Made by a program: the position numbers and the translations under genes. 64,000 nt of DNA from the NCBI GenBank assembly GCA_012295275.1, contig CM022670.1, forward strand, positions 14,880,001-14,944,000. Direction: 5' to 3'. This document shows, piece by piece, positions 14,601 through 27,595 of this stretch (positions are counted from its first letter, which is position 1; the number at the start of each line of letters is the position of its first letter). Under the pieces are notes generated by a model. The model saw only the letters and a program-made list of their open reading frames with translations, did not search any database and was not told the DNA's origin. The stretch comes from Chrysomallon squamiferum (Eukaryota > Animalia > Mollusca).

Positions 14601-17096
14601 TCTGAAATGTGAAGGAAAACTATTTTTATTTTTGTATATAATCTTCTAGTTCAAAACGAAATTCATGTTTTCCAAACTCAAATTATAGTTTTGTACTAAA
14701 AGGAAAATATCATGTATTTAAAATCTTATGAATTTGCAAATTTTTTTAATGTTTTTTTAAAATGCTTTAATCTATTGAACAGATTTGACTTTTTCATTCT
14801 ATTTATAGGCTAGTACTAAAAGTGTTTGTTGGTTTTTTTTAAATTATTTAAACTCATGTGAATTGTTGAAATTTTTTTTTTTTTTTTTATATGTTTACTT
14901 CTGTTAGCAGATTAAACATTTATACTCTGTTGTAATAAGTAAATGAACTATTTTTCAGTTCTGTTCATAAAATTCAGGAGTATTACCTTGAGAACTTCTT
15001 CAGGAGAAATGTCAAAAACATTCTTCATCTGTAATAAAACTTCTTCTGGCTTTGCAAGTTTGAGATCAATTTTGTTGAGGACAGGAATGACAGTCAACTC
15101 GCTCTCAAAAGCAAGATAGAAGTTTGCAACAGTCTGTGCTTGTACACCCTTCCATAATAAAACACAAGTCATTTAAGTAAGTGTTGTAATTGCTTTCAGC
15201 CACGGAAATGTTTTACAAGGTTTCAATGAATAAATATTCGAAATATAACAGATAATATCTTGAAATTAAAACAGATTTTGATAATGGTTGAGGATCTCAT
15301 TTTTTAAATACTAGGGATAAGAACTATTATAGATTTTTGAGTATAAGGTGATAACATTAAAATATGATAAAAGTTTAAATATGAATTTCATTCACATTTC
15401 ATATTCAATTTGAACAAATAGTTAAACACTCTGCACAATTCAAATGAATAACCAAATATACAATCAAATATCTCTCTAAAATTTAAACTTTTAGTTTGCA
15501 ATAACTGTTCTAGTGTAAGGTTAAACTAGTAATAACACAAAAAAATGATTTTTTTTTTCCCACAAATACAAATTAAACAGAGATTGCACTTCCATAAAAT
15601 TCAATCTCCCAGTTTAACCGTGATTCCATGCTGAAGGAGGATTCAAACTTTGTTTAAATGTAAGTATTTCTGATCACCATACATATTTAAATTGAAAATG
15701 AAAGAACCAAACAGTTGAATATAAAGATACCTGATTGGCATCCACAAGAAGAATAACCCCCTGACAGGCAGCAAGAGAGCGAGCCACTTCATAACTGAAG
15801 TCAACATGACCCTGAACAAAACAAGAAAAAAACACATTCCAAGCATAAATTACACATGGTCCTGATTAAACCATTTCAAAATGAACTTAATATAGTTTCA
15901 TGGATTAGTTTTAAGCTTCACTGCAAATACATGTCCAATAAAAGTTTTTACTGCCATATATTACTTTTAATATGTGTGAAATTTGGAGTTTTTTAATAAG
16001 AAATAACTGTTAGTAACATATTAAATAATTTAAGAAGAAATGTTATACATATGTTCAATGAATGGGAGAAAATTAAGTATTAAAATTGTAATTTAGTAAC
16101 TAATTTTAAATATAAAAATAAATGATAAAAATATCTTACAGGAGTATCGATAAGATTGAGTAGGTATGTTTGATTGTGGTATTTATAGAACAGTGACACT
16201 GTCTGAGCCTTGACAGTTATTCCTCGTTCTCGTTCAACTTGCAGTCTGTCGAGAACCTGCTGATTGTCTGCTGTTTTGGGAATAACTCCTACAAAACATA
16301 CAATTCTTGACTATACACAGATTTAAAAACAACCTGTTGAAAATAAAATAAATGTTTAGATGTTCTAAGCATTTCAGATTGCAGAATTAAGTCATGTATT
16401 TAAGATTTAACAAAAAAAAAAAAAATATGCCATCCATTGTGAGAATATCAGACTTTTACAACATTCTCAGAAAAATGCTTTTCTTTGAATGACAGTTTTA
16501 TAGAATTTTCTAACATGATTTCTTTTAATTTTTTATACTAAAACTGAAAGGTTTTAATATTTAAAAAAAAGAAAAAAAAAAAGAAATTAATGAGAAAAAA
16601 GAAGAAGTTATATAATGATTACAAGAAAGGTATCCTATTTTAAATGTTTAATTATAGGGTTTCTGGTAAGTGTCTGGGATTGTAGCTGTAACATGACCAA
16701 TCCAAATCACTCCAAAAATATGCTTAAATAAATAACCTGTCAATTCAAGAAGCCGATCAGCCAGAGTACTCTTTCCATGGTCAACATGGGCTATTATACT
16801 GAAATTACGAATTCTCTCCACAGGAAACTCTGATAAATCATAAGGTAGCTAAAATAAAAAATTAAATAAACAAATTTGTTTTAAATTTAATAACAGTTAA
16901 CTTTGCATAATTAATAAAATAATTTATTGATATTTAAAAGTCTAATATAATTTAAGGACCAAATGTAAAAAATATTTTTCGTAAAGTTTCTCTCTTAGTA
17001 ACAACAAATATATTTAAAACATCATCATGTCAGAATGTTATGTTGTAAAACACATTATTACAATTACATGATTATTATCTGTCTTATTTCAAATTT

Positions 17097-17134
<38 letters not shown>

Positions 17135-17202
17135 TTTAAAATATTTAATATTGTTACAGTACCTTTGCTGCATTCCTGTTCTGTATGGATCGATATAAGT
17201 AT
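5602..17202 (-). CDS. GUF1: Mitochondrial translation factor GUF1 (LepA/EF-4); exons 17202-17163 (probable), 16848-16737, 16288-16140, 15811-15731, 15148-14987, 14400-14336, 13980-13868, 10830-10740, 10288-10159, 9533-9424, 9046-8919, 8423-8353, 7768-7667, 7436-7303, 6748-6703, 6253-6041, 5727-5602; start-codon exon unresolved
   Basis: GTPase motifs [44 protein letters not shown] and NKID. Also [18 protein letters not shown] and the LepA C-terminus [27 protein letters not shown]. All exon phases are compatible. Confidence 0.97.
10977..13807 (-). mobile_element. Internally deleted, non-autonomous Sola2-type DNA transposon in a GUF1 intron
   Basis: Terminal inverted repeats of ~630 bp (10977-~11609 vs ~13183-13807) starting GGGTCATTCCGTGTCAAATCACCC and ending GGGTGATTTGACACGGAATGACCC. 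A 4-bp TTAT duplication flanks both sides (10973-10976, 13808-13811). GRG termini, long TIRs and a 4-bp TSD fit Sola2. Confidence 0.85.
11587..12366 (-). pseudogene. Degenerate N-terminal part of a Sola2-like transposase
   Basis: Broken reading frames give a Cys/His segment ([11 protein letters not shown]...[11 protein letters not shown]), then [11 protein letters not shown], then [39 protein letters not shown]. The last resembles the FY..D..SR..PG.KD...QKRL.L.NL.ELY motif I recall from Sola transposases. Stops are present and no catalytic DDD core is seen. Confidence 0.75.
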
Positions 17203-17966
17203 CTGTAAATAATAACTTCATTGTTATATTAAATATTATTTTATTATTGTTGTTCATATTTAGATTTTAATATTTTGTTCTTCAAAAGCCGTGAATACTG
17301 TAATGATAAAATCTGTAAAATGTCTCCAAATTAATTAAATTATAAACCGTATTTTAACATTTTCCAAAAAGAGTGAAATGTGTAGACAATGGCAATCTCC
17401 TCATCTCTCCTGATCGTTTGGTCGAGGATAACTGGATATACTCCAATTATGTTTTCCAAGAAAAAGACGTTGAACTTGAAGGCGTAAAAGTTAAAACGGT
17501 TTGGTCATTTTATATCATATCACCGCAATAAAATTAATCACATTATTACATAAGTGTGTAATACACAGTAATTATTTATAGGTTTCATATTTTATTTTTA
17601 GTAGAAATTTTGACCTTGAGTACATCAAATGATTCAATGAATCGTGATATTAAAGACATTACTAACGTTATAGAGTTTAGTTTCTTGACGATGCGTGACA
17701 ACAATAGACTTCTATAACGACAGTAATTGAAAATTACTTCTGAAAACATACTAGAATGCTTAAATATATATAAGCATAAAAGACCTAACGATCGTTCGAA
17801 AAAAGTTCAAAAATAATAAATGTTTCAATGGGAGCAGACATCTTTATTCGTTTTTGTTGATTTTCTACCTTTTTAGATTGCACCAGTTACGTTCAGTACG
17901 GGTACCGAACCATTTATCCGGCAAGTTTGGAATTGCCGGATCCATGGATCCCGGCTAAATATATAC

Positions 17967-17971
<5 letters not shown>

Positions 17972-18039
<68 letters not shown>
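17972..18039. repeat. (GA)n microsatellite
   Basis: Perfect GA dinucleotide run of ~34 units. Confidence 0.97.
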
Positions 18040-18042
<3 letters not shown>

Positions 18043-20715
18043 TATATTCAATAGATATAAATTAATACTCTTAATTTGATTTTTTTTTTTAATCCATTAC
18101 ATTTCTTAAAATTCACAACTGTTGCAGTTATGAAGGACGTGGTGAACTGTTCAGCTGTATAATTTATTTCTGGTGTCAAAAAAAAACAACAAAAAAAAAA
18201 AAAAGAAAAAAAAAACCCATAAAAGATTAAAAAATGGTAAGAAGAAGACGAAGAAGAAATAGAAATAGATTAGTGGATTAGTGAAAATGACAGATCACAG
18301 AAGGATTATTGCTAACAGTAACTTTATACTGTGCATTGTGGCAGAGCCAGGAGCGTATCACTCGCATCCAACCCAGTTTTTTCTAGAGTTATCTTTAATG
18401 GCTATTATATCGTGTTTTCGCCTCATTCTCTTTATTCTCTGGGGCCATATTTGGGTTAAATAAACAGCAAATGGTATTAATAAATACAGGAAAATTAGCA
18501 GGAATTGCTTGCATCTGTTTCTTAAAGTAAGTTACCGCGTAAACAGATCTAGGTCCATACATGTAATGAGCAGAAGTAGTATCGCTTCTATGCGCGGGAA
18601 ATTTAATATTGTGGTGATGCGGGAAATTTAAAATTACGGTGGTACGGGGTATTTGAAATGAGTGCCGGAGCAAAGGAAAGGGATTAAAGGTAGGCGTACT
18701 CGCGAATTGTACCACTTGTCATTTTCATCGTCTCCAAATAAATGATTTATTTATTCCTCTACAACTGCACAAATTGTACATGACAAATCATTTCATTTGA
18801 TACAGTTGACCTAAAGAGGTATTGCTTAAAATACTGATCATACCTTAGTCAGGGCAAGATTAAGCTAATGCAGAGGGTGTAGCATATTTTATAATCTGTA
18901 TGGGGTCCTAAATTTAAAAAACAGAGGACATTGTCGTGAACTAATTTGTTTGTGACAGATTGAAAATGAAGTTAATGCATATATATATATATATAAAATG
19001 ATAAATAAACACTATTCTAAAGAAAATTAATTTATTAAATTCTTGTAGGTTTTAAGGCTTAAATTAGCTTTGCAGACAGTAAGTATGTAAGTATATATTG
19101 TAGATATATATGCCCTTTTCACTGGACCGCTTGGAAGTAGCTTTACTTAGTGCGGGGCCATAGTATATTCTAATTTTCCTACTAGATTAACCCGGCGCTG
19201 GCCTTATTGTTGCACCATATTTAATATTAATTTTACAGTCAATGAGGAAAATTATCAGAATGGTCTTAGTAAGAAAAAAACAAAAAAAACCCATTAAATT
19301 TTTTTTTTAAAAGAATGTTTTTTTTTTCTTTTTATAAGCAATTATTATTTTTATTTTATTTTAAAGATAACAGAACAAACTGCATCAGAAAAAATTAGCA
19401 AACACACATACACACATGCACACACACATCACAATTGTTGTAACATTTACTGAAAAAAGATAAACTGTTATACTTGTATGTTATATCAAAATTATTTTTT
19501 TATGTGAATTTTATTTGTTTGGGTGAATTTTATCTCGCTGCACGTTTTATTTCCAGACAGAACATTTATAACTTTTTTTTATTTCTTTAAAATTTTAAAA
19601 CTGTTTTAGGGGTTCATCTTGAATTTCACGATGAAGGTGAATAAGGGGGGGGGGAATGACTACGACCACAAAAGGGTAACAAATCATGCACCAAGCATAC
19701 ATTTCAGTTTAGTTTCATGATTTTCGGCAAAGGTGACATAGTTTTCGTTCACCCAGGGGTGAAAAATCACGACGAATTAGGATTCTTGCTGTTATATCCT
19801 TTATATCATGATGTCAGTAGATCCATTTTGAATGTCTCTTTTATTGAATAATTAAACCCTGAATGCCGATCAACAATGTTGCTCGTACGTAGGTATACGT
19901 ATATCAGATATTGTTTGTAGCATTTTTATTATGTAAGCCCATATTGTCATTCAAAACTTTAATAAAAATAAAAAAGAATATATAAAAAATACATTTAAAT
20001 CTGACTGGCTGCTAAATCTCTGCTTTGAGTGGGTCAGATGATGATTACGTTTTCTGTCAGAGAGTTGGTTTTTCTTTTATTTTGCATGAAAAGTTTCTCG
20101 AATAAAGTGGCCTGCTCTTGCAAGACCTTTCGACCAATGGGAATGAAGCTGCATTTATAATTTTTGGAAAGCCAGAAATTGTGGATTTTTCCTGGAACGA
20201 AATGTTTAGTAAGTTACTAAGGCTAAGGTGTAGTTATTTTTATACAGTTATTGTTGTAGCTGTTGTAGTTGTTCTTTTGCTATTGTTTTTGTTGTTATTA
20301 TTATTCTTATTTTAATCCCAAATATGTAGCCTTTATATATTGACATGTTGTTGTTATTTCTTTCCTTTGTTTATTTCTTTTTCTCTTCTTTCAATTTTTT
20401 TTCATTTTTTATTTTTCGTTTCCTTATAGTATTTTATTTTATTTTATTATTGTTGTGGATTTTTCTTTTATATCAATGTTATGTTTTATTTTTTATTTTT
20501 TTAATACGAACTGTTGTCAGCACTGTTAACAAAGAGACAGACCGTTATTAGTAATATTTTGTGTGCGTAAATTGGTTTTATTAGACATTTTCAGAGTTAA
20601 GTTGTACTTTTAGGAACATATCTTCAAAATTTAAGGATTATCCTTTTTATCATTACTGATTATAATATTTTTTCTTGTTGTTTTTATTTGTTTGTTTATT
20701 TAATTATTTATTTTA

Positions 20716-20761
<46 letters not shown>

Positions 20762-21289
20762 TTGTTGTTGTTGTTGTTTTTGTTTTGTTTTGTTTTCTTG
20801 TTGGAGCAGACTTTTGCCCAAAAGTCAAAGCAAAGTCTCTTGCTACACTTTACTGTTTCGATCAAAATCTTTGTCATCACGCACAGACTATGCATTTATA
20901 ATGGTTAAAATTATATACACAGAAGAAAATATTTTCTAAGCAGTCCTGGGGGGGGTTTTCATGAATTCATATATACTCCTTTTTCACGTAAACGCACACA
21001 CACACACACACAAACAAACGTCTGTAAATAAATTTGTTTGGCATTCTCTATTTCACTAATAACTTTTATTTTAGCACAGAGGTCGAAAATTAATTAGCGC
21101 CTGTTAATAATTAGGATAATTATTTTCTTTCTAATACACGTTAATAATATTTTTCTCTGATGTGAATGCCTAAAGTTAACAAATACGAAATGTTTATGTA
21201 ATATCAATATGTTAATGGAAACTTATTTTTTAAAACAGGCGAACAGTTAGTCTCAGTTTTCAAGATTCAATAAATAAGTACTGAATTAT

Positions 21290-21960
21290 AAAAATCTCTA
21301 CTCTGTTACTAAAATTCTACTCTGTTAGTAATACTTCTACTGTGTTATTAAAATTTCAACTGTATTTTTAAACTTCTACTTGTCATTAACATTTCTATAG
21401 TATTATTTAAATTTTACTGTACTATTAAACGTTCTAGTGCATTATTAAAGTTTCTACTCTGTTATTCAAATTTCTACTGCATTATTAAAGTTTCTACTCT
21501 GTTATTCAAATTTCTACTGCATTATTAAAATTTCTACTCTGTTATTCAAATTCCTAGTGCATTATTAAAGTTTCCTACTCTGTTATTCAAATTTCTACTG
21601 CATTATTAAAGTTTCTACTCTGTTATTCAAATTTCTACTGCATTATTAAAGTTTCTACTCTGTTATTCAAATTCCTAGTGCATTATTAAAGTTTCTACTC
21701 TGTTATTCAAATTTCTACTGTATTATTCAAATTTCTACTGAATCATTTAAATTTCTACTATATTATTAAACTTTTTATTGTTTTATTACATTTCTACTAT
21801 ATTATTGAAATTTCAACCGTATTTTTTAATTTCTATTGTGTTGTTAACATTTTTTCTGTTATTAAAGTTTCTACTGTACTATTAAAATGTCTACTGTATT
21901 ATTAAATTTCTACTGTATTTTAAAATTTCTACCGTTATGTTAGAATTTACACTGTATTAT
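21290..21960. repeat. Minisatellite, ~21-bp monomer with a ~42-bp dimeric core
   Basis: Tandem copies of (T)ATTATTAAAGTTTCTACTCTGTTATTCAAATTTCTACTGC. They are near-perfect at ~21440-21720 and degenerate toward both edges. Confidence 0.9.
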
Positions 21961-22269
21961 TAATTTGACATTTGACTTCAGCAACGAATGGGAATTTGCC
22001 ATATGTCGATATGTGCAGCTTAATGAAACGTTCGTCCTTAAGAGCCTTATAACGATTTATCTTAGATCGTGAGTAAGATTATCAGTCGCCATGGTTTCTT
22101 TCCAGACAAGCAGAGGCCAGTCATCAGGGTTAATGGTTTTCAGAGTTCATGTTCATTATATGGACTTGTAGGAACCGCAGCTTTTTCTGTGGTAGAGTTT
22201 GAAAATACCGCATTTTGCAGTCTGATTATTTATTAATTGAATATGAATCAGCCCTGACTTGCTCGTTTC

Positions 22270-22338
22270 TAGCCAATCATTGCGAGGCAGTAGTCGGAGA
22301 AGACGGGGGAATATTTTCTTATGTTCATTTAGGTAAGT
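22270..22338 (+). promoter_or_regulatory. Probable promoter and non-coding first exon of the pore-forming protein gene
   Basis: AGCCAATCA (CCAAT box) at ~22271-22279 in CpG-retaining sequence, followed by a consensus donor AG|GTAAGT at 22333. An acceptor TTTCAG at 24309 precedes the ATG. Confidence 0.55.
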
Positions 22339-24326
22339 AAAATCCTTTTTCTCTTCTCATTTACCTGAAAATCATAATGATGTTGATATCTATGTTGAAA
22401 CTGATGTTACAGTCTATTTTGTTGTAGCTGCCTGAAGTTAAATTGTTAACAGAATATTGTATATTCGTCAATTTCGTTGGTTGCTATTTTCATTTCATCT
22501 GAATTGTTTTTCTACCTAGAAACACCAATAACTTCGATTACTCGGTTTTATTAGTTCACTTTTATACTAAGATTTTAAATTGTATATGATTTTTATGAAA
22601 ACCAACGACTACAGATTAATTGTAGATGGTTTTTTTATGGATATATTTATTAAACCTCGTTGTTTCAAATGGTTAAACTCACAAATGACGGCCATATTGG
22701 TTAGTACTTATAAGGAAGTATCAAAATGGGTGTATATACGTAGGTAGGCAAAAAATATATATTAACATACTTTGTTGCAAACTAAAAGTGAGTATCCATA
22801 CTAACTAGGATGCAGGTTCTCTTGAAGTTTGAGATTTTAAAGATTTTGAAATGCCATTTCGCGACTACTGCTTTAGATTAATGAACATTGTTTGACGTCT
22901 AGCAGTTATGCATGAATGTTATGTACAGACTTGCCTCGGGGTACTGCTTTGTTAAATGGGTCAGATCTAATTCACTGGCTTAATTTAGATAATACGATGT
23001 AGACCAAATTATTTAGTTAAATATAAGGTTAATTGTATTTCTTTTTATTTATATTAGTTATTGTTTTTTTTTTTTTTTTTTTTTTTTTTTTTGATTATTA
23101 TATTTTCTTGATAAAACTTGTTTTCAAGACTGGACCCAGGGTAACCTGTATATTTTATATTTTACCATCTGGGTGTATAAATCTACGTCATACGCCACAC
23201 CCTTACTCTGTATATGCAATGCATCATCTATTCAGCGGGTTTATCCGCTGATGCTTTTGACTGCGTGTGATAACACATGGCTACAAGTCTGAACACGTTA
23301 CGAGTGCTAGCGCGCTCTGTTTTTTATTTATTTATCTTGTACGTGTTTATTCGGAGTATTATTTTTCAGAACAACGGAACTAAAAATACTGATTCGATCT
23401 TAAGTAATTAGTTACGTAGATAATATTATTAAAATGTAAATTACTTTCGTAATTGCAGTTAAAGGTATTAACGTTGCCGTGAACGTTCAAAGCATAATCG
23501 TATCTTGCACGGAAATGTAACTCAGTGATTAATAATTAATTCCATTCATCAATTTTTTTATTATTATTATTATTAGACAGCTAATTGTTAAGACTAGATA
23601 TAGGAGATGAAAGATTTTTTAATTATTATTATTTGTATTATGTGTTATTTTATATATATTTTTTGTTCTATGTTAATTTTTTATTACTGCTGTTACATTC
23701 TTCGTTATTATTACTGTTATTATTATTATTATTATTATTATTGCTTTTATATGTACTTAATTTATACATTTTTATTTTATATTGTTATTTTTTTTAGTAT
23801 ATAAACAGTTACAATTTTAATTTTCATTTTAACTAAAATTACTTTATAGTAATATAAATATTATCGGTTATGTTTGGAATTAGCGCAGATAATAATATAT
23901 AGACAATTTAAGATATATAAAAATGGTTTTAGGCTCTCGGTTATATTTAGAATTACCTTGTTAGGGACGTTGACTAGAACGTGATAATATCTCAAGGCTG
24001 ATTCTTCGTTCTCGCAACTATTCGTTTCCGGTCTGTGCGGTATTATGTTTAATATGAAATAAAAATAATAATTATACATACGTGATGTTAGTAAAAAATA
24101 ATTTTAAAAAATTGGCTAGACGATTGAATATAAAAAAAACCCAGTGAATTTAAATTTTTGTGTACAAAATTCTAAAATGATCAAACTTAAAATATCATTC
24201 TGACGTTAATAAATCTTTGTATGGATTTTGTGCTATGGAAGTTAAAGTAAAACAACGTTAACCTAGTATTATTAACCTGTTACTGATGTGAGATCTAAAT
24301 CTGTTTCAGAGGCGGCGACAGTGAAA

Positions 24327-25100
24327 ATGTCAATCGAAGTTGTGGATATCGAACAGGTGGTAAAGGATTACATAAAGAACGACTGGCTAGAAGACAAAGT
24401 GCGGAAAGACGCTGACATGGATAACGCAGAGATCAGGTGGGACAACGTGAAGTTCACTCATGAACCAGCAAAGTACACTTACGATGGCGAGGTGATAGAT
24501 AACGAAAGTGATCCTCATGCCGGAAAGTTGGTCTCACCCGGCGCTCACATAATCTTCACCGCGTATTTCACCAACAATACCAGCACTCAGCAGACGCACA
24601 CGTTAAGTACTGAACGACGTACGGAGTCCACGTGCACGGTGTCGTTATCCAAGACGTACACGCTGGGTGGTTCGTTCAACATCCGGTTAACTCCTCCGAA
24701 TCCAATAATCGAAGCTAATGCTGGATTTAAAGGAGAACTGAATAAAATGTCTGGACTCAGTGATACCTTTGCAAAAGAAATGACATGGTCAATTAACAGT
24801 GAGATCATAGTACCACAGCGCTGTTGTACCAAAGCTGATCTGGTTATCAAAGAAGACAACTTTGATGGCAATTTTACACTTCGTACCAAATTAGAAGGCA
24901 CGATTGTTTATACAGTGTGGGACAAAAAGAAAAACCATTTGTCAACTGGACGTTTGAACGTAAAAAACATTTTTAAATCTAACAAATCATTTCAGGTAGA
25001 AAAGGACTGCGTCTGGTTCACCACTCGAGGAAATTGTAAATGTCGATTTGGTGTCGAACAGAAAATGGATTTAACTGAGACAAAATTAGAGGATCCTTGA
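24327..25100 (+). CDS. LIN-24-like / aerolysin-ETX/MTX2-type beta-pore-forming protein, 257 aa, single coding exon
   Basis: ATG in AAAATGT context 17 nt after an acceptor. Motifs: F.NNT...QT..L.TER.T.STC, an amphipathic Ser/Thr/Gly-rich hairpin (TVSLSKTYTLGGSFNIRLTPPNPIIEANAGFKGEL), TWSINSEIIVP....KADLVIKE..F.G.F, and C-terminal G.C..RFGVEQ. All are typical of LIN-24-like pore-forming modules. No signal peptide is evident. Confidence 0.85.
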   Translation: MSIEVVDIEQVVKDYIKNDWLEDKVRKDADMDNAEIRWDNVKFTHEPAKYTYDGEVIDNESDPHAGKLVSPGAHIIFTAYFTNNTSTQQTHTLSTERRTESTCTVSLSKTYTLGGSFNIRLTPPNPIIEANAGFKGELNKMSGLSDTFAKEMTWSINSEIIVPQRCCTKADLVIKEDNFDGNFTLRTKLEGTIVYTVWDKKKNHLSTGRLNVKNIFKSNKSFQVEKDCVWFTTRGNCKCRFGVEQKMDLTETKLEDP

Positions 25101-25665
25101 TTTACTTAACACGTTCTGAAGTTAATATGTTTAAATTACTTCAAGTGAAGAGCTAGAAAAAAAACAAAAACAAAAACAACTATAACAAAGAGACAAAGCA
25201 AAAACACGCAGTGAAACTACACCTTCAACTTTTTCTTCTTTTTTCATGGCATTAGCCGTTTCTTTCTGGTTTTCGGACAGTTCATTTTTCTCTCCATATG
25301 TCAAAGGTAAGCCAACGATCCTTTCAATAAAGTACAGTAAATCATTACATGTAATTTTTAAAAACATCTTTCTTTTTTATATTGTGTGCACATACGCAAA
25401 CATATCCACATATACATATATACCTAACTAGAAACATTCATTTATACATACATGCATACATAGATACATGCATACATACATACATACATGCATATTTACA
25501 TATTAATATAAATACACAATACGTTTATGATAATATTTGTTTTATTAATATTATTCGCACACAGATTATTTCATTATAGTTAGTTAACAAAACGTTAAAA
25601 TAAAAAGTAATTTTTAAAATTTGTCAAATTCCTTACATCAAACAACTGTATACAGAAAAAATCTA

Positions 25666-25719
<54 letters not shown>

Positions 25720-25770
25720 TTGGTGATTACTTAATTCGGTAATAAATAAATAAATAAATAAATAAATAAG

Positions 25771-25802
<32 letters not shown>

Positions 25803-26588
25803 AATAATATAACACAAATAAATAAAAGAAAAATGAAAGAAAGAAAACATATTTAAAAAAAAAAAAAAAAAAAAATAAAGATAAAATACGATCCCTACAG
25901 TGTATTTGTAACTAGGTTCTTTGTTATACATTATTATATTCTCACTTTCATGTTAACAACAACAAGAAAAAAAAAAAAAAATAATAATAATAATAATAAA
26001 TTCTATATATATATTCAGAACCTTAACTGTGTTATGCTTGGTTTACGCTACTGTATTCAGCACAGACTGTTGCTAGTAAATAAGATATTTCTATTATGTA
26101 TGTCGTCAAGGAAAGAAAACAACTCGACATTCTTTGTAATGTAGGTCACATAGTCATTACACAGGAATAAAACACCACACTGAAATACGGAACATAAGAA
26201 TGTGACCAGTTATTAGTCATTTTTCAGTTTACATAATGATTTAAAGCATAATTTTTAAGTACACTGTTGATGTATCATACATTGCTGTGAAACTATAACA
26301 GAAAATTATTATCTTTAATTGAATGATTTTAAAGAGATTAAAGTTTGACGATTTTATAAACATTATGAAACACTTAACATTATGTTATATTTCTTTTTAA
26401 TCTTTATATAACAACAAAATAATGTCCATGTTAATTTTTCTATTAGTCTTTGTATTTCAACTGTTTGTCTATTTTACTGGTTATCACAAATACTAAAAAT
26501 TAGTGTCACTACAACTCGCTAAACTCGAAAAAGGGAAATAATCGACACAGAAAGTTGCCTGAAAATTCGTCTTCATCTGTGTATTGTT

Positions 26589-27182
26589 TCAGATCAGTTC
26601 TCTGAAATATCTTTCGCAATTCTCTTTTGCGTTCTTCTTCTTCAGGAAAACCATAATAAAATCATCTTCAACCTATTAAAATAATTTAAAATATCCATTA
26701 CAAAATAATAACAGTTAACTTAATGCTGATAATAATAATAATTTAAAAATAATAATAATAAATAAAAAATTAACTAAAATAAAAAAAATAATAATAATTA
26801 TAATAATTAAATAATAAAAAATAATAAATAACAGTTACTAGTTTTATTGTATTTCAAAAATATCATTTTAAATGTATTTTATGTTTATACCGTTTTAAAA
26901 CTAAAGAAAATCTTAACGTAGAACATTTGTTTATACATCTTATGTAAATACGTGAAATGTAACTTTACCTCAATCAAACACTCAGAAAGATCGATATCAA
27001 ACTCACAGTCCCAGGACTTCTCTTTCGTGTACTTCGTACCGTCACAGTTGACATCTATTCTGTAAAACCTACAGTATTTTGTTTGTATATAATTTTAGAT
27101 GTATTTATCTGTTTGTACATATAAACTGCTTCTATATTTTTTCACCTGGCAAAGCTAAAAGATATTTACAACAGAGGATGAG

Positions 27183-27240
<58 letters not shown>

Positions 27241-27543
27241 ATAATTAAAAGTGGAAATCATTAATCAGTGATTCTATAGTTCAAATACTTTCAGTTTTAA
27301 ATCTATCCAAACTCACTTCTCTTAATTAATTTAAAATACTTGTGTTAAGTCAATTTAAATTAAATAAAGAAGTAAATAAAAAAGGGTACTGTTAACAGAC
27401 CTCGAACCAAACTGATGGTCGATAGTGGCATTCTTGGCGCTTGTTTTGTTTTGTGTTGCAGCCCACGAATTTTAATTCTGATTCTAACGAAACCGTTCCT
27501 TGAACGCTCGTCACAGTCTGTAAAATGACACATTTATAATTAT

Positions 27544-27595
<52 letters not shown>

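Noticed and set aside
18281-19800. GC-richer patches and 60-106 aa ORFs
   Set aside because: No recognisable protein motifs, splice structure or paired termini; probably unclassifiable repeat fragments.
21290-21960. CRISPR-like array
   Set aside because: Contiguous tandem repeat with no unique spacers, in eukaryotic DNA without cas genes.
20118-23804. Many 60-85 aa ORFs rich in I/L/Y/F/N runs (also at 25.7-26.1, 29.8-30.1, 41.3, 44.3 and 45.9 kb)
   Set aside because: They are translations of (TAA)n, (TTG)n, (CA)n and poly-A/T tracts, with no coding signature.
24288-24326. N-terminal 13 aa of the 270-aa ORF-track entry
   Set aside because: It starts at a GTG upstream of the splice acceptor at 24309; the real start is most likely the ATG at 24327.
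24587-24901. 104-aa antisense ORF
   Set aside because: It is a shadow of the pore-forming protein CDS with no independent features.
24327-25100. Recent horizontal transfer of the toxin gene from bacteria
   Set aside because: An intronless CDS alone is insufficient. It has a eukaryotic UTR intron, and LIN-24-like proteins are known from several animal phyla. A phylogeny would be needed.
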